The notes beneath the pieces were generated by a model. That model was not told the DNA's origin. It did not search any database and saw only the letters and a list, made by a program, of their open reading frames with translations. A program made the position numbers and the translations under genes. From NCBI GenBank assembly GCA_951406725.2, contig OX597827.1, forward strand, positions 81,902,001 to 81,966,000: 64,000 nucleotides of DNA. The letters run 5' to 3'. This DNA comes from Octopus vulgaris. Its lineage: Eukaryota. Positions 41,056-53,890 of the stretch are shown here, piece after piece. Numbering within the stretch: the stretch's first letter is position 1; each line of letters opens with the position of its first letter.

Positions 41056-44000
41056 ATCAGTGACTAGTTGTCACTTTGAAAACTATATATTTTGAATGGG
41101 AATTTGGCAGTGCCACTTCTAGCCGAACGATTATTCTGTGCCGATGAAGGGAAATAACCTGGAAATTTTGATACACAGATAGTTTTGAGTGGGGGTGCTA
41201 GAGTCCCTTGTTTGAAAATATAAGGACACAGATCGTGTCGTATAGCCAGCTGGAGACGATGTCTCCTGGGGCTAGATTACAGCAACATTCGTCCTAAAAC
41301 AGGACTGCCATGTTATGTTGGCAAACAATTTTTACTCTAAAAATGCTAGAGGTCAGTATTTTGTGTTGTTTGTTAAAGAGGAGGTGTTTGTAGCAAGGAA
41401 TGGAGTGGAAAGCTTTACTGATGCCATCACTAATCAGGGTGAAGCATGGTGCATTCAGTTTATTACATATTGAGGGTGGAATGTTTGTGTTTTATATGGA
41501 ATAAGAGTTGGAGAGAGGAATGTCTGGGAGATGGTTATATCAAGGAGGAATATTACACAGATGCTTGAAGGTCTACATGGGATAGTTAGGGGTCTGGGTG
41601 ATGCTGTTTGATTGGGTTTTCATTAGGAATGCTCACATTCTAGGTTCAAGGTATTTGTCAATGTTGAGAAGGGAAGCTGGAAGAAATTCCTTGATGGCTT
41701 TTTTGTCTTAGATGTGGGTTTGTTACATTTCCAGGCCGAGGGTTGGGGTGAAGAACATGGGGTAGAAACATACAAGTCCACATTTTCTGACCCCTCATAG
41801 ATGGAAGGGTTTGATGTTTTAATATACATGGCAAGGGACTAATGATTCTCTGTGTAGACCTGTTAGAAATAACAGCCAAGCTATTTCACATTCCACACTA
41901 CCTAATTAAAAATGAATGAATGTACTAATTGGTTTCTGGATATATTATGGAATAGATGAGATGGTCATGGATGGAACAGTCACACAATAAACATACAACA
42001 CAGAGAAACATATTGTAGTAGTAGTGGTAGCAACAGAGATTGTGGTTGTGGTGGTGCGGGTGGTGGTAGTAGTAGTAGTAGCAGCAGCTCCAACTATGGT
42101 GTTATGTACATCAGTAGATGTAAGAGTAATGGTGATGTCTACCCCTATCTAATTGTGTAACTACCCCTCCACCCACAATACTCTCTCTTTCTCTCACTCT
42201 TTTTGTGTAATTGTGTGTGTATACACACACCGATACATGTATATACATAATATATATGTATATATGTGTAATATATATATATATATATATATAAATAGAG
42301 AGAGAAAGTGAGAGAGAGAGAGAGAAGACATTTCTATTGATTTCTTGAAGACAGAAGAAATAAGAAGAAAGGAAAAAACCTGTTAATGCTGAGTTTCTTT
42401 GTGACATGTTGTTTAGTCCCAGGTCAGGTCTGATCCAGTAAACCTATGATCAATGACGTTCCAAACTTGACCACCCTTTGTTATGTTCAGCCAGTGTCTA
42501 TCTCAGAGTACATTATATAATGTTATCTTATAATGTGTACTTTAAAGATTATAGGATGTATTTAGAGGGTGAGTTGGCTGCTATTTCTTACAGCGCAAAT
42601 CACATAAGGACTTCCCATTGGCTCATGAAGCTATATTTCCTCCCACTAGACAAACAGACAGATAAATAAATGGGTAGGTAGGTAGATAGATTGATAGACA
42701 GACAGATAGACAGACCGACAGACAAATACCAAGTTCCAAAGTCCACTTTGGCATGGTTTCTATGGCTCCGTGCTGTTCCTAATGCCCTCAGTTTTACAGA
42801 GTGTATGAAGAGTCTTGGTACTGGGACTAGGGGAGGGGGAGTCACCAAATAACTCACAAGACATGACCCCCATTAAGTAAATGGGATGTAATATTGATGG
42901 AAGTGGCTTTGTGCCAGGAGATGAGAGGTTAAACAATGACAGAAGAACAGGAGCTGATGTCTTGCAGTAGAGGAGAAACATGGCTACTCCATTTGCGAAA
43001 GGAGAGAAAGGGAGGCAATGTGTGGGGGGGGCAGCATGGTTTGGATAATGGGAAGTGTGGTTTCTGTGTGTGGGAAGCACTCATGGAATTGGTTTACACA
43101 TATTACATACACACACACAACACGACATAAAGTGTAACTTAAATAGTTAAACATAGGTACATTAGATGTATTATATCTTGTGTAGAACCTACAGTTCTTG
43201 ACAGACAAAGTTTCACACATGCATACGTTGGTGTTTTTTAACCCTAAGCCATCCCTGATCCAAAAGATTTCTGTTTAGAATGTTCCAGACATAACTATCT
43301 CTTCTTTTTACAAATATCATGAAAGTCTACATTATTAAACTGTCATTCCACTTCTAGGGCTGTAGAGTGTGATTTTGAAGAAGATTTGAGTGTTATTTTT
43401 AGCAGGTTAAGCAAGCACATATAAGTGTTGTCATTGGTTCAAAGATGGTGTTTTTTCTTTCCAAGGTGGTGTATAAGCCAGCCATCTCCTCTACTGAAAT
43501 ATCGACATTTAATATGGCTTGGGATGTTGTAGTAGTCACACGTGAATGATGCATTAGTTGTACATTAATAAACAACAGACATGGTGTTTACTACAGCATC
43601 TGTGTCTGTGTGTGTGATACGGAGAGCATTTCACTTTGCTTATTGGAGTTTGGATCTGAAAAAAGAGTCGGCCTCTGTTATGGACGACGGCTTTATGTCG
43701 CTGAAAGCAGCAGACTGTCGGCCATCTTGTTTCTGCTCTATTTTCCCTCATAAACTCTCCTTTCTCTGGCTCTCTCTTTTTCTTTCTCTCTCTCTCGATG
43801 ATAACATTCAAATCTATTTCTTCTGCTTTCTTTAACTTTCCTTCTAACTCCATCATATCTTCCTTCTTTTTTATGAAAACATGCATGAATATCACTCATT
43901 CTTCCTCCAGATTTTCTCAAAACCTTTCTTTCTTTCTTATTTGTTCTCATTGTTTGACTTGTTGAAAACACACACACGCACACTTGCACATCCATGCATA

Positions 44001-45415
44001 CACACACGCACACTTCCTTTCTTTTTATGCTCTCCTTCTCTTTTTAGAAATCCGTTTCGCTGTTGTACTCTCTTTCACTCTGTCAGTCTATCTCTCTATC
44101 TGTCTGTCTGTCTACCTCTCTATCTGTCGGTCTGTCTGTCTGCTTATCTAGATAGATAGATAGATAGATAGCTACCAACCTCACCCTTCTCTCTACAAAC
44201 ATATTCTCAACAGAGTCTGTGTCCCTCTCTGATGAAGAGAGACCCCCCCCCTGTGAATGGAACCCCTACTCTCAGCTCATTGGTAATTATTTCCAGGAAA
44301 TTAACAGCTAATGTCTGTTGTATATTTACTGGCCTTCTTCATCTCATCTTTCTTATTGGAGGGTTCCTTAACTTGTTAAATGTCAGATTTTCACTGTGTA
44401 GTATGGGAAGATGGAATGGTCAAGTGGATAAGGTGGGTGGCAATAATCCCATGGACAAAGACAAGCTCAGATATGAACGCTATTGTTGTTGTTGTTGTTT
44501 TGCCATTGGTCAGTTGTTATGCAACAGATTAAGCTGTAATCAAATAACATTCTAGCCATGACCCTTATTATCTTCGCTTCTGGAACAGTTCACCTTGCTC
44601 AACATACAGTATTTTAAGTGAGATTTAAGAAATAAAACTTGCATGAAGCCTGTCAGAGAGATTTCTACTGTTGTTGGGTAGAGATGGAATAAAGTTGTTC
44701 CCTAGTCTAACACACCATTTCACCCTTAAATCTCTTCAGTGGAGTATATTTTGTGGCAAGAATTTGGTTCATGGAGTTTCCAGCCCAAAGTTCAATTCCC
44801 CACTTCTTCTCAACACTCTTGGAGACCATGAGAAAGGTCAAAGATGCTACCATTCTTCCTTCACTCACTCAGAAACAGAAGAACGATAACCTCCTTAATA
44901 TGATGTGATTTGAGGGAAGTTTGGTTGTTCTTTCTAATAGGTCTATAGCAACCTCATGGGGTTGTGGTCATTGATGATGTTGTTATGTGTGTGTCCATTT
45001 GGAAGTATTTGGCCCTTCCAATTATACTTGACATCTCACAGATTTTATTTGATCAACCAGCAGAGGAGCCTGCAATAGGGTTACCTACTTAGGGAATAAT
45101 AGCAGCCAACTCTCCCTTATGTCTCAAATAAACAAATGCAAGGACATATTGGATAATATAATCAACATATATTGTGACTGGATGGTCACGGACAGAATGT
45201 CTTTATTCGTAGTGTTGCTTTATCAGGGTTGACCTGAGGCTAAATAACAACAAATTTTAGTTGTATTGGTGTGACACCGGTGTACTAGTGGGACTTCAAC
45301 ATTAGTGCTCTACATATAACACTATAGCATGGTAGTACACGTATATATATATATATAATTGTATGTTAAGATCCAAGGATCACGCAGCCCAACTCTCAAG
45401 AACTCTCTCTCTCTG

Positions 45416-45477
<62 letters not shown>

Positions 45478-45676
45478 TATAATTAATAATGACTGAGGCA
45501 GTATTAATACCAAAATGCAATCTTTATGTCCAGCTTCTCTTGGATGTTTTCTTAGAACACCAAATATTTCTAGTGTCATCAAAATGTGATAATTTGGATC
45601 AATATAGTTCAGTCTCAGAGTATTGACCACCAATCAGTTTCTTTGACTTCAAATATTCTTTTGTATGCTCTATTTA

Positions 45677-45691
45677 CCACCAGGTGGCACT
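45677..45691 (+). promoter_or_regulatory. Candidate CTCF binding site
   Basis: CCACCAGGTGGCACT matches the core consensus CCASYAGRKGGCRS exactly, in non-repetitive-looking sequence. Confidence 0.45.
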
Positions 45692-46106
45692 TTAAATGGA
45701 TCATCCCTCACCCTCTCTCTACACTATTCTACATCTACATAAAATTACATATGTGGCTCTGTGCATATATATACATGACCCTTATGTGCACAAATGCATG
45801 CACACACATCACTGCATACATACATGCATGCACATCACTGCATACAATAATGGACGTCTTGCAGTTTTTCATCTACCAAATCCACTCACAAGGCTTTGGT
45901 CAGCCCAAGGCTTTAGTAGAAGACACTTGCCCAAGATATCACGCAGTGGAACTGAACCCAGATTCTAGAGCAATATGAAATAAGTGTCTTGCTCAAGAAC
46001 ACAGCACACAGCCTGGTCCTGGAATCGAACTCACAACCTCATGATCGTAAGCTTGATGCTCTAACCACTGAGCCATGTGCCTTCACACACATACATATAT
46101 ATACAT

Positions 46107-46853
46107 ATCATCATCATCATCATCATCATTGTTTAACCTCCATTTTCTATTCTGGCATTGGTTGGACAGTTCAACTGGGGTCTGGGAAACCAGGAAGCTG
46201 CACCAGGTTCCAGTCTGATCTGGCTAGGTTTCTACAGCTAGATGCCCTTCCTAACGCCAACCACTCTGTGAGTGTAGTGGGTGCTTTTTATGTGTCACCA
46301 GCATGGGGAGCCAGACAGATGGCGCTGGCATCATCCACAACTACAATTTACGTTTGATTGTGGTTTGATTTGATTTTGATGTTAATGTACTTGCCTCAAT
46401 AGGTCTCCTCAAGCACAGCATGTCGCTCTATGATCCAAAGGTACTTTTTGAGTGGGGTGGGGTATTTATGCGACACTGGTGTACAGTACAGCTGTAATCT
46501 CACTTTATTTGCTGGGTCTTCTCAGTTACAGCATATCTCCAGAGGTCATGCTTCACCACCTTATCCCATGTCTTCCTGGGTCTCTCTCTTCCACGGGTTC
46601 CTTCCACTGTTTGGGAGTGGCACTTCTTCACACATCTCTCCTCATCCATCCATAGTACATGACCATACCAGCGCAGATGTCTCTCTTGCACACCACATCT
46701 TCTTATGTCCAACATTTCTCTCAGGGCACTTACACTCTGTCGTGCATGCACACTGACATTACACATCCAGCGGATCATACTAGCTTCATTTCTTCTGAGC
46801 CTACACATGTCCTCCGCAGTCACAGCCCATGTTTCACTGTCATGAAGCATGAC
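46107..46853 (-). mobile_element. RTE-clade LINE: ORF C-terminus, 3'UTR and (TGA)n tail
   Basis: VMLHDSETWAVTAEDMCRLRRNEASMIRWMCNV...LRWYGHVLWMDEERCVKKC...EGTRGRERPRKTW. Confidence 0.9.
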
Positions 46854-47290
46854 AGATCTTCCAGCAGCCACCCTCTTGACCCAGGGCAGCACCACCTCCT
46901 CCAGGTACTTGATGTAGGCCTTCATGTTGAGTCTGAGGTTGTGTGGGAAGATGAATGGAAGTATAATATCACCATTACTATTGACCACTTCAAGCAAAAT
47001 GATGTTGACTGGATGTTTGATTTTTATCACTCTCAGTACATGTTTTTGGGACACGGCAAGCCAACGGTTGTTCTGTGTGTTCACCATCTGTTTGTATTGG
47101 AGCTTCTAGCATAAATGCCAAGCAGTACAGCATGTTATTTCTAAATTTCTGGCAGAGTGAATTGCGTCATGGTGCAGTTTTTTGCCCAACTGACCCTACT
47201 ATACTGTGTAGTCAACAAAATCAAAAACGAACAGTGTGCATGCCTGAAATTAACATTATAAAATGGCGACAATTTACCCATCACACCCTG
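46854..47290 (-). mobile_element. Internally deleted Tc1/mariner fragment, maT (DD37D)-like, with the 5' TIR
   Basis: NTQNNRWLA...KHPVNIILLEVVNSNGDIILPFIFPHNLRLNMKAYIKYLEEVVLPWVKRVAAGR. TIR cagggtgtgatgggtaaattgtc ends at 47290. Confidence 0.75.
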
Positions 47291-48659
47291 TGTGTGTGTA
47301 TATATATAAATAATAATTATTATATATTTTTTTGCAATTTACTTAATCATTGACATTTTATTGTTATTTTAATGTTAATATTTCTATTATATGTAATTTT
47401 CTAGATGGTGTAATTTAATTGTTCATTTTGAATTGATAAAAGGTTGTTCTTTTCTAATTTTATATATATATATATATTTATACATACATGTGTATGTTAG
47501 TGGTTATGCTCCAATGTCTTTGACATGCTAATTGTAAATGAATATTACTGTCACACAAGGTTCCATGGAAACATGTCTGGTCTGCTGGATTGGCCCCAGT
47601 CATTGTATTTTGAAATCTTTATCCTTTTAGATAGGTGGGGGACCACTTCTCACTCATACATGGTTTTTATGATTGGGTTGTCTTCCCTAACACCAACTAT
47701 TTTACAGTCTTTAATCTTGGCACCAACACTAGAGGGATTGTCTTGGTCTCTGCACAACTAAAGAATCTCTTTATCTTTAATGACCATGGGTGTGAATAGA
47801 AGAGTTTGATGGGCAAAAGGGCAGAAAAATTGAGTGCACGAGTATAGGTGAGACAGGATACTGAGGATAAGAATGGTAAAGAAGGGGATCAATGAAAGAG
47901 AGAGAGAGGGGGAGAGGGAGATGGGTACACATTGGTTGTTAATAAAGAAATTGAATATAAAGCTAACATGAGCTACATTATGGGATAATTATAAAAAAAA
48001 GGTGATTATAAGAGGTAGTGGATGATGGACAGCAATAGAGGTGGCCATGGGGAGAATGGAAAATGTCATGGGGGTGGGGAGAAACTGGCAGGAGAGAGAA
48101 TGACGTGTAGTACTTGAGACGGGTGATAGTTGGAGATATTGAATATGGGCCTATCCACTGTAATTCTTGATTACGACGGCATTGTGATGGAAGAGAGATA
48201 GAATGATGGATAGTGGAAGTGAAGTAGACCTATAAAGGGTGATGGTGGAGGGAATAAATGCAGACACATCAAACACCATCTTTTATTACACAGGTTGTTT
48301 GGTACATAATGAATAAGAGGGAAGAGTGTAACATAGAGGGCAGTAGATGGAGACTTGATAAGAACAGGATGGGAAAGAGAGACCCCGATGTAAGATATAT
48401 GTCTTAATCACCACCACCACCACCACCAATATCTTAGCAACCATTCTGCCCTGCTGGCACCGGTGGATGCTTCTTCTCCTTCACTGTGTGCCACCAATTC
48501 TCCTGATTCATTGTCATTTCTTTCATGAGTTCCTAAAAGCCATTTCCATCCCTGACCTTCACACCAACACTTTGCTCTATAACATGCAACACAACAACAA
48601 CACTGACTCTCCTTTCTACCAAGATATCAATAAACCTCATCTATTGATTACTTCACCAT

Positions 48660-49230
48660 ATTAAGCCACCGTATGACTGCAATGTTCTCTCTCTTCCACA
48701 CTGCATCTCACATCCAGTCGTCTTCTCAACTCATCTCTCTTCTCTTCTTCATCTAACATTACACATCTTTGCTTCATTTCTTCTTTGTCAGTGCAAATCT
48801 TCTGCATTCAAAGCCCACATCTTGCCACTTGATGCAAGCAGAACCCTGTCTTGCTTTCTTTCTTACTAAAACTTAAGGATTTGTTAATTTTGTCTGAGAG
48901 TGCCTTCATCCTAGGTTTTGTTTCCCTCTCAGGAATTACTTCTTTAAATCCTCCACTCATTCATCTGTAAGAACTTATTCCTCAGCATACAAAAGTTCCT
49001 ATGCAGAGCTGGCTTGGAGAACTTTAATACACAGGAGGGGGATAAGAATTAAGCCCTGACGGACCCCCCTCCCTGAAGGTTAGATTCACTGTCAAACTCA
49101 TTGTTCATTGCTCACCTGGCTGAGTCTGTTGCTGATCATGGCCTCTACAGTTCTCAGTTCTCACAAGATATTCATTTACCCTCAGTTTCCTAAGCATCTA
49201 TCAGATTGCAGAGTAGTGAACCGTGTTCAA
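48660..49230 (-). mobile_element. Old RTE-clade LINE reverse-transcriptase remnant
   Basis: Minus strand LRKLRVNEYLVR, GVRQGLILIPLL and MWALNAEDLH*QRRNEAKM, with deletions. Confidence 0.6.
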
Positions 49231-50121
49231 CAAATGATTGGAGTAGGATCTAGCTAAATGCTTCTTCTTCTTCCTCCTCCTCCTCGTCTTCTTCTTTTTC
49301 TTCTTCCTCTTCCTCCTCCTTGTCTTCTTCTTCACTTGGCATCCCTTCCAAGCTGCGTCTCTCCTCAGCCAATTCTTTCTCTGTGTTTTAGAACTCAACC
49401 AAACAGTTTGGTATTATCTCTCTCTCCACTTTGAACCCCTGTCCATGTCCCTGGAGGCACTAAACCTTCACTGACTATACATGTGACTAGTACTAACTAG
49501 CATTACTCTACCATTAATCCTTTCAACAATGATCCCTGCTCAACCCATCTGTCTCACTGGATTTCTCAGTCTTAATCCCATCTGATAAGCATGCAACTGT
49601 CTTCCTGAACGGCTGCTCTCCCTTCCCTGCTCCTACATGTGTCCCTCTCTCACCCATGCATCCTCCACATTCAACAGCCTCCTCTACAGGCTTCTTCCCA
49701 TCTGCTGTAACCATTATTAGCCCCCCCCACTCCTCTCCGGTCCACTGCCTACACCTCACCCTTCTCCTTACTTCTTAAAACAGGGACAAACTTTCTTCTG
49801 CCTTGGCTTAGTATATCTGACCCTGTCCAGTTTCTCTTCTACTTACTTCATATACACAATTTTATATATATATATATATACACATACATACATACACACG
49901 CACACACACACACATATATATATATAGACATACATACATACATACATATACACACACATATAGATAGATAGATAGATATAAAATCTTTTATATTTTACTT
50001 GTTTCAGTAGGTTGTAGCCATGCTGGAGCACTACTTTAACAAGTTTCATAGAACAAATCAACCTCTGTATGTAAATATCTATCACTCTATGTATGTGTAT
50101 ATATGTATATATGTATGTATA

Positions 50122-50180
<59 letters not shown>

Positions 50181-50187
50181 ATATATA

Positions 50188-50220
<33 letters not shown>

Positions 50221-51780
50221 GTATGTGTGTATATATATATATATGTATGTATACATATATATATATGTATATATATGTATGTATACATATATATATGTAT
50301 GTATACATATATATATGTATATATGTATATATGCATGGATGTGTGTGTGTATAAATATGATGATTATATATATATATATATATATATATGTAGGGAAAGA
50401 GATTAATAGATAGACATAGGTAGGTAGACAAACAGACAGACTGATAGATAGATAGGGAGAGAAAAAGAGAGAGAGAGGCAAATAGCTAGTACATGAGCTA
50501 TTAAGAGAGAAAGAAAAAGAGAGTTGCTATATTGCAGTAAGAGTAAAGTTAGGAGGAGGAGGAGGTGGAGGCTGGGAGGATGCTATGATATTGTGTGATA
50601 TTGTCAGTAAATATGCAATGAGATTTTATATTGATTACCATGAAGACTGTTGTTTGTTTGTTGTTGTGCCAGCCAGCCTCCTCCTCCCCCCTCCCTCCTC
50701 TCTTACTGGATATTCTGTCTGTCTGTCTGTCTCTGTAGTAGCAGCAGCAAGTATTTATGTCTGTGTGTGTGTGCTTATATGTATGTGTGTGTGTGTGTGT
50801 GTATTAATACTACTGCTGCTGTAGTATTAATAGCAGCAGCAGTAGTAGTAGTGGCAGCAGCAGCAGCAGCAGCAATTGTAGTAGTATTAGTAGCAAGTTT
50901 TGTTATTGGTGTTGTTGTTTAGTAGCTGGTCTGTCCTGACCAACTTGCTGTATGATCAACGACATGCCTACCTTGGCCACCATGTCATTAAGACATGATA
51001 TACAGTTAGCACAGCATTAGCCAATGTATTCTTTTCACCCCTCACCTCAAATTTGGTTGCTATTTCTAGCAGTTCAGTTGACCATCAACATGTCACCCTG
51101 TTCGGTGTATGGTAATTAAAGTTTTATACACAGCAGTTGTTGTTGTTAAAGCTCAAGTAAGCCCAGACTCAGCAAACAAATCTAGCCATGACCACCCTGT
51201 CTTTGTTCCGATGCGAATGAACCACATTATTCAAGTTTTTTTAAGATGGTAATGTGTTGATTAAAGGGTATTTAGCTGTTATTTCCTAAACCACTGAAGG
51301 ACTGCCTACAACTTCCATATATGGTGAGTTGTTGCTGTTTAACCCCTGGCCAGTCCTGACCAAAAGTAGTCAACTGTCAGAGTAGTTCGAGCTTTGCTAT
51401 TTGTTTTGGACAGTTTGTACTCTGAGTAAAGGTATGTTGCGAAGTGGTTGGGGCATTGCACTCCCAATCACATGATTGTGATTTCAATTCCCAGACTGGG
51501 TGATGCATTAGTCGAGTCAACTCAGCTGTAAATGTGTAATTCTGTGATGTCCCATCCTGGGGCAATGTGGTGATCTCCATGGAAACTGAGGAACTGGCCT
51601 CAGAAGTCCTAGCGCTCAAGACAGAACTATACATACATTGTATTCTGTGCTGAAATTTTGCTGAGGTCATCTGGGACATTTCAGCCCTCCATGGTCAATA
51701 GCAAAATTCCTCTGAAGTATTAGGGTTGATTGAAATAAATACCCCAATTTCTCAGATTTTTGTTCATGTACTTCATCATA

Positions 51781-52112
51781 TTTTCTTCGGGTCCACTATC
51801 CCATCTCACTCAAAACCTCCCTGAATAAGGTTTGTTTTAGGATGATGAATGAAACACCTATTTCCAGAGGTGAATTATTCAAACTCCCAAAGAATTCCTC
51901 TCCAGCACATGGCTATTATGTCCCCACCACTACTTCTGCTCATGATCAGAGATGCGCATATCGTCAGCCATTAAGGGACAGGCTCAACTGGTTACAGTCA
52001 AACAACTGCCAAGAAAATCTGTGGTAATGAGTAGAATATTTTCTGCAGCCCATCTTTTATAACAAGTCAAAGCCTGCACATGATAACACTTCCAATCACT
52101 TAAGATCAGAAG
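51781..52112 (-). mobile_element. Interspersed repeat family E, partial copy
   Basis: Reverse complement of 61178-61496 (ccagaggtgaattattcaaac..caaagaattcctctc, gatcagagatgc, gctcaactggtta). Confidence 0.8.
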
Positions 52113-52199
52113 CTAGTTTTAAAAAATGAATGAAAGAAACCATTATTTGTTTCATATACACACAACAGATTAAACTGTAGGAAAAGAAAAAAATCCTAG

Positions 52200-52740
52200 C
52201 ATCAGGCTACAAGTAACCTTGGATGTCAAGAACCCTCCTAAGTATCCTAGCTGTCCCCTAATAACCCTGTTTTCTGGAGCTCTACTAAACTGGGTTTTAT
52301 GTTTATTTCCTCTATGCATCTGTTCAGATCTTTAGGGGTAATTCCCAATGCACCTATAACTACAGGGTTACATTTTACCCCCACATTCCATAGTCTCTAA
52401 TTCAATGGCTAGGTCCTGGTACTTTGCTATTTTTTCTATACCCCGCTTTTTAATTTTTTCATCATTTGGGACTGTAAAGTCATTTATCTGGCACTTTCTA
52501 TTCTCCTTATCTACTACTACTAAATCAGGCCTTCTAGCTTCTATTACTCTGTCAGTCTGAATGTTAGTCCCCCCAATATCTTATATTTCTTTCTTTCTGG
52601 CACTTTACTAGCTTCATGTTCATACCATTTACCAGTGTAATAAAATCCTAGCTTTCTACATAGCTCCCAATGGATTACTCTCCCTAGTTTGTCATGTCTT
52701 TTCTTGTAATCTTTCTGTGCCAGCATGCTACATTCACTAC
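52200..52740 (-). mobile_element. R4/Dong-clade non-LTR retrotransposon fragment (CCHC, RHD, restriction-like endonuclease)
   Basis: SECSMLAQKDYKKRHDKLGRVIHWELCRK...WYEH...; EARRPDLVVVDKENRKCQINDFTVP...AKYQDLAIEL. Confidence 0.85.
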
Positions 52741-53250
52741 ATTATTAGTATTATCATTGCCTTTGCACAGCTTCTAACGCTGGAGATGTACTATAGTGTC
52801 AGCTGTTCACTACTAATGAACTAAGGTAACACCTCTTATTTTTCGAGCACCATCCAGAGTATTCGAGCAGTTCCAAGCAGTGCTGTTTTCTGCAAGTTCT
52901 CCACCCTTATTGTAGCCCTTATTTGTTCCATGTACTTCTCAAAATTTTTACTCACTGTTCCCAGGGCTCTAACATTTATTGGTAATACTACCACCTTTTT
53001 CATTGACCACAACTGCTTAACCTCCCAAGCTAACCTCCCATATCTCTCGACTTTTCTTTCTTCCTTATCGCATACCTTGTTGTCAGCTAGGCATGCTATA
53101 TCTACGATCCAGTATAGTTTGTTTTCTTTCTCAATTAAGACTATGTCTGGTTTCCTATTCTCTATCTCATGGTCGCACTGAATCATAAAATCCCACAGGA
53201 TCTTTGCATTATCAATTTCTATGATGCCTTCGGGTTTGTGGTCATACCAA
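52741..53250 (-). mobile_element. Second R4/Dong-clade fragment: RLE domain, stop at 52836, 3'UTR and TAA-like tail
   Basis: WYDHKPEGIIEIDNAKILWDFMIQCDHEIENRKPDIVLIEK...IVDIAC..D...K...KVERY..LA...LQKTALLGTARIL. Confidence 0.9.
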
Positions 53251-53265
53251 TCATTATTATTATTA

Positions 53266-53890
53266 AAAGGCAGCAAGCTGGCAGAATTGTTAGCACGCTG
53301 GGCGAAATGCTTAGTGCTATTTTGTCTGCCACTACGTTTTGAGTTCAAATTCCGCCAAGGTCGACTTTGCTTTTCGGGGTCAATAAATTAAGTACCAGTG
53401 AAAACACTGGGATCAATGTAATTGACTACTCCCTTCCCTGAAAATTTAAGGCCTTGTGCCTCTGGTAAAAAGGATTATTATTATTATTATTATTATTATT
53501 GTTGTTGTTGTTGAAGGCAGGCATCTGGCAGGACCCTTAGCACTCTGGAGAAAATGCTTAACAACATTTCATCCTTTTTACATTCTAGGTTCAAATTCCA
53601 CTAAGATGGCCTTTGCTTTTCATCCTTTCGGGGCTGATAAAATCAATACCAATCAAGCATTGAGGTCGATATAATCGTCCAGCCCCCACCCACCTCTCAA
53701 AATTTCAGATCTTAAAGGATTATTATCATTATTATCATCATTAGAGCAAATGATGGTAGAACTGTTAACATGCCACTGTTTTTGGAATATTTTGTTGACT
53801 TTGTGCAATGAGTTCAAATCCTGTTCAGGTTGATTTTGTTTTTAATTCCTCCCAGGTCGATAAAATAAGTACCAGTCAAATACTATGGTA
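53266..53890 (+). mobile_element. Three tandem family A SINEs of increasing decay
   Basis: Heads at about 53268, 53515 and 53750, with (TTA)n tails between them. Confidence 0.8.

Noticed and set aside
52836-53348. 170-aa ORF as a host gene
   Set aside because: It is an antisense SINE read through (TAA)n into an R4/Dong endonuclease fragment
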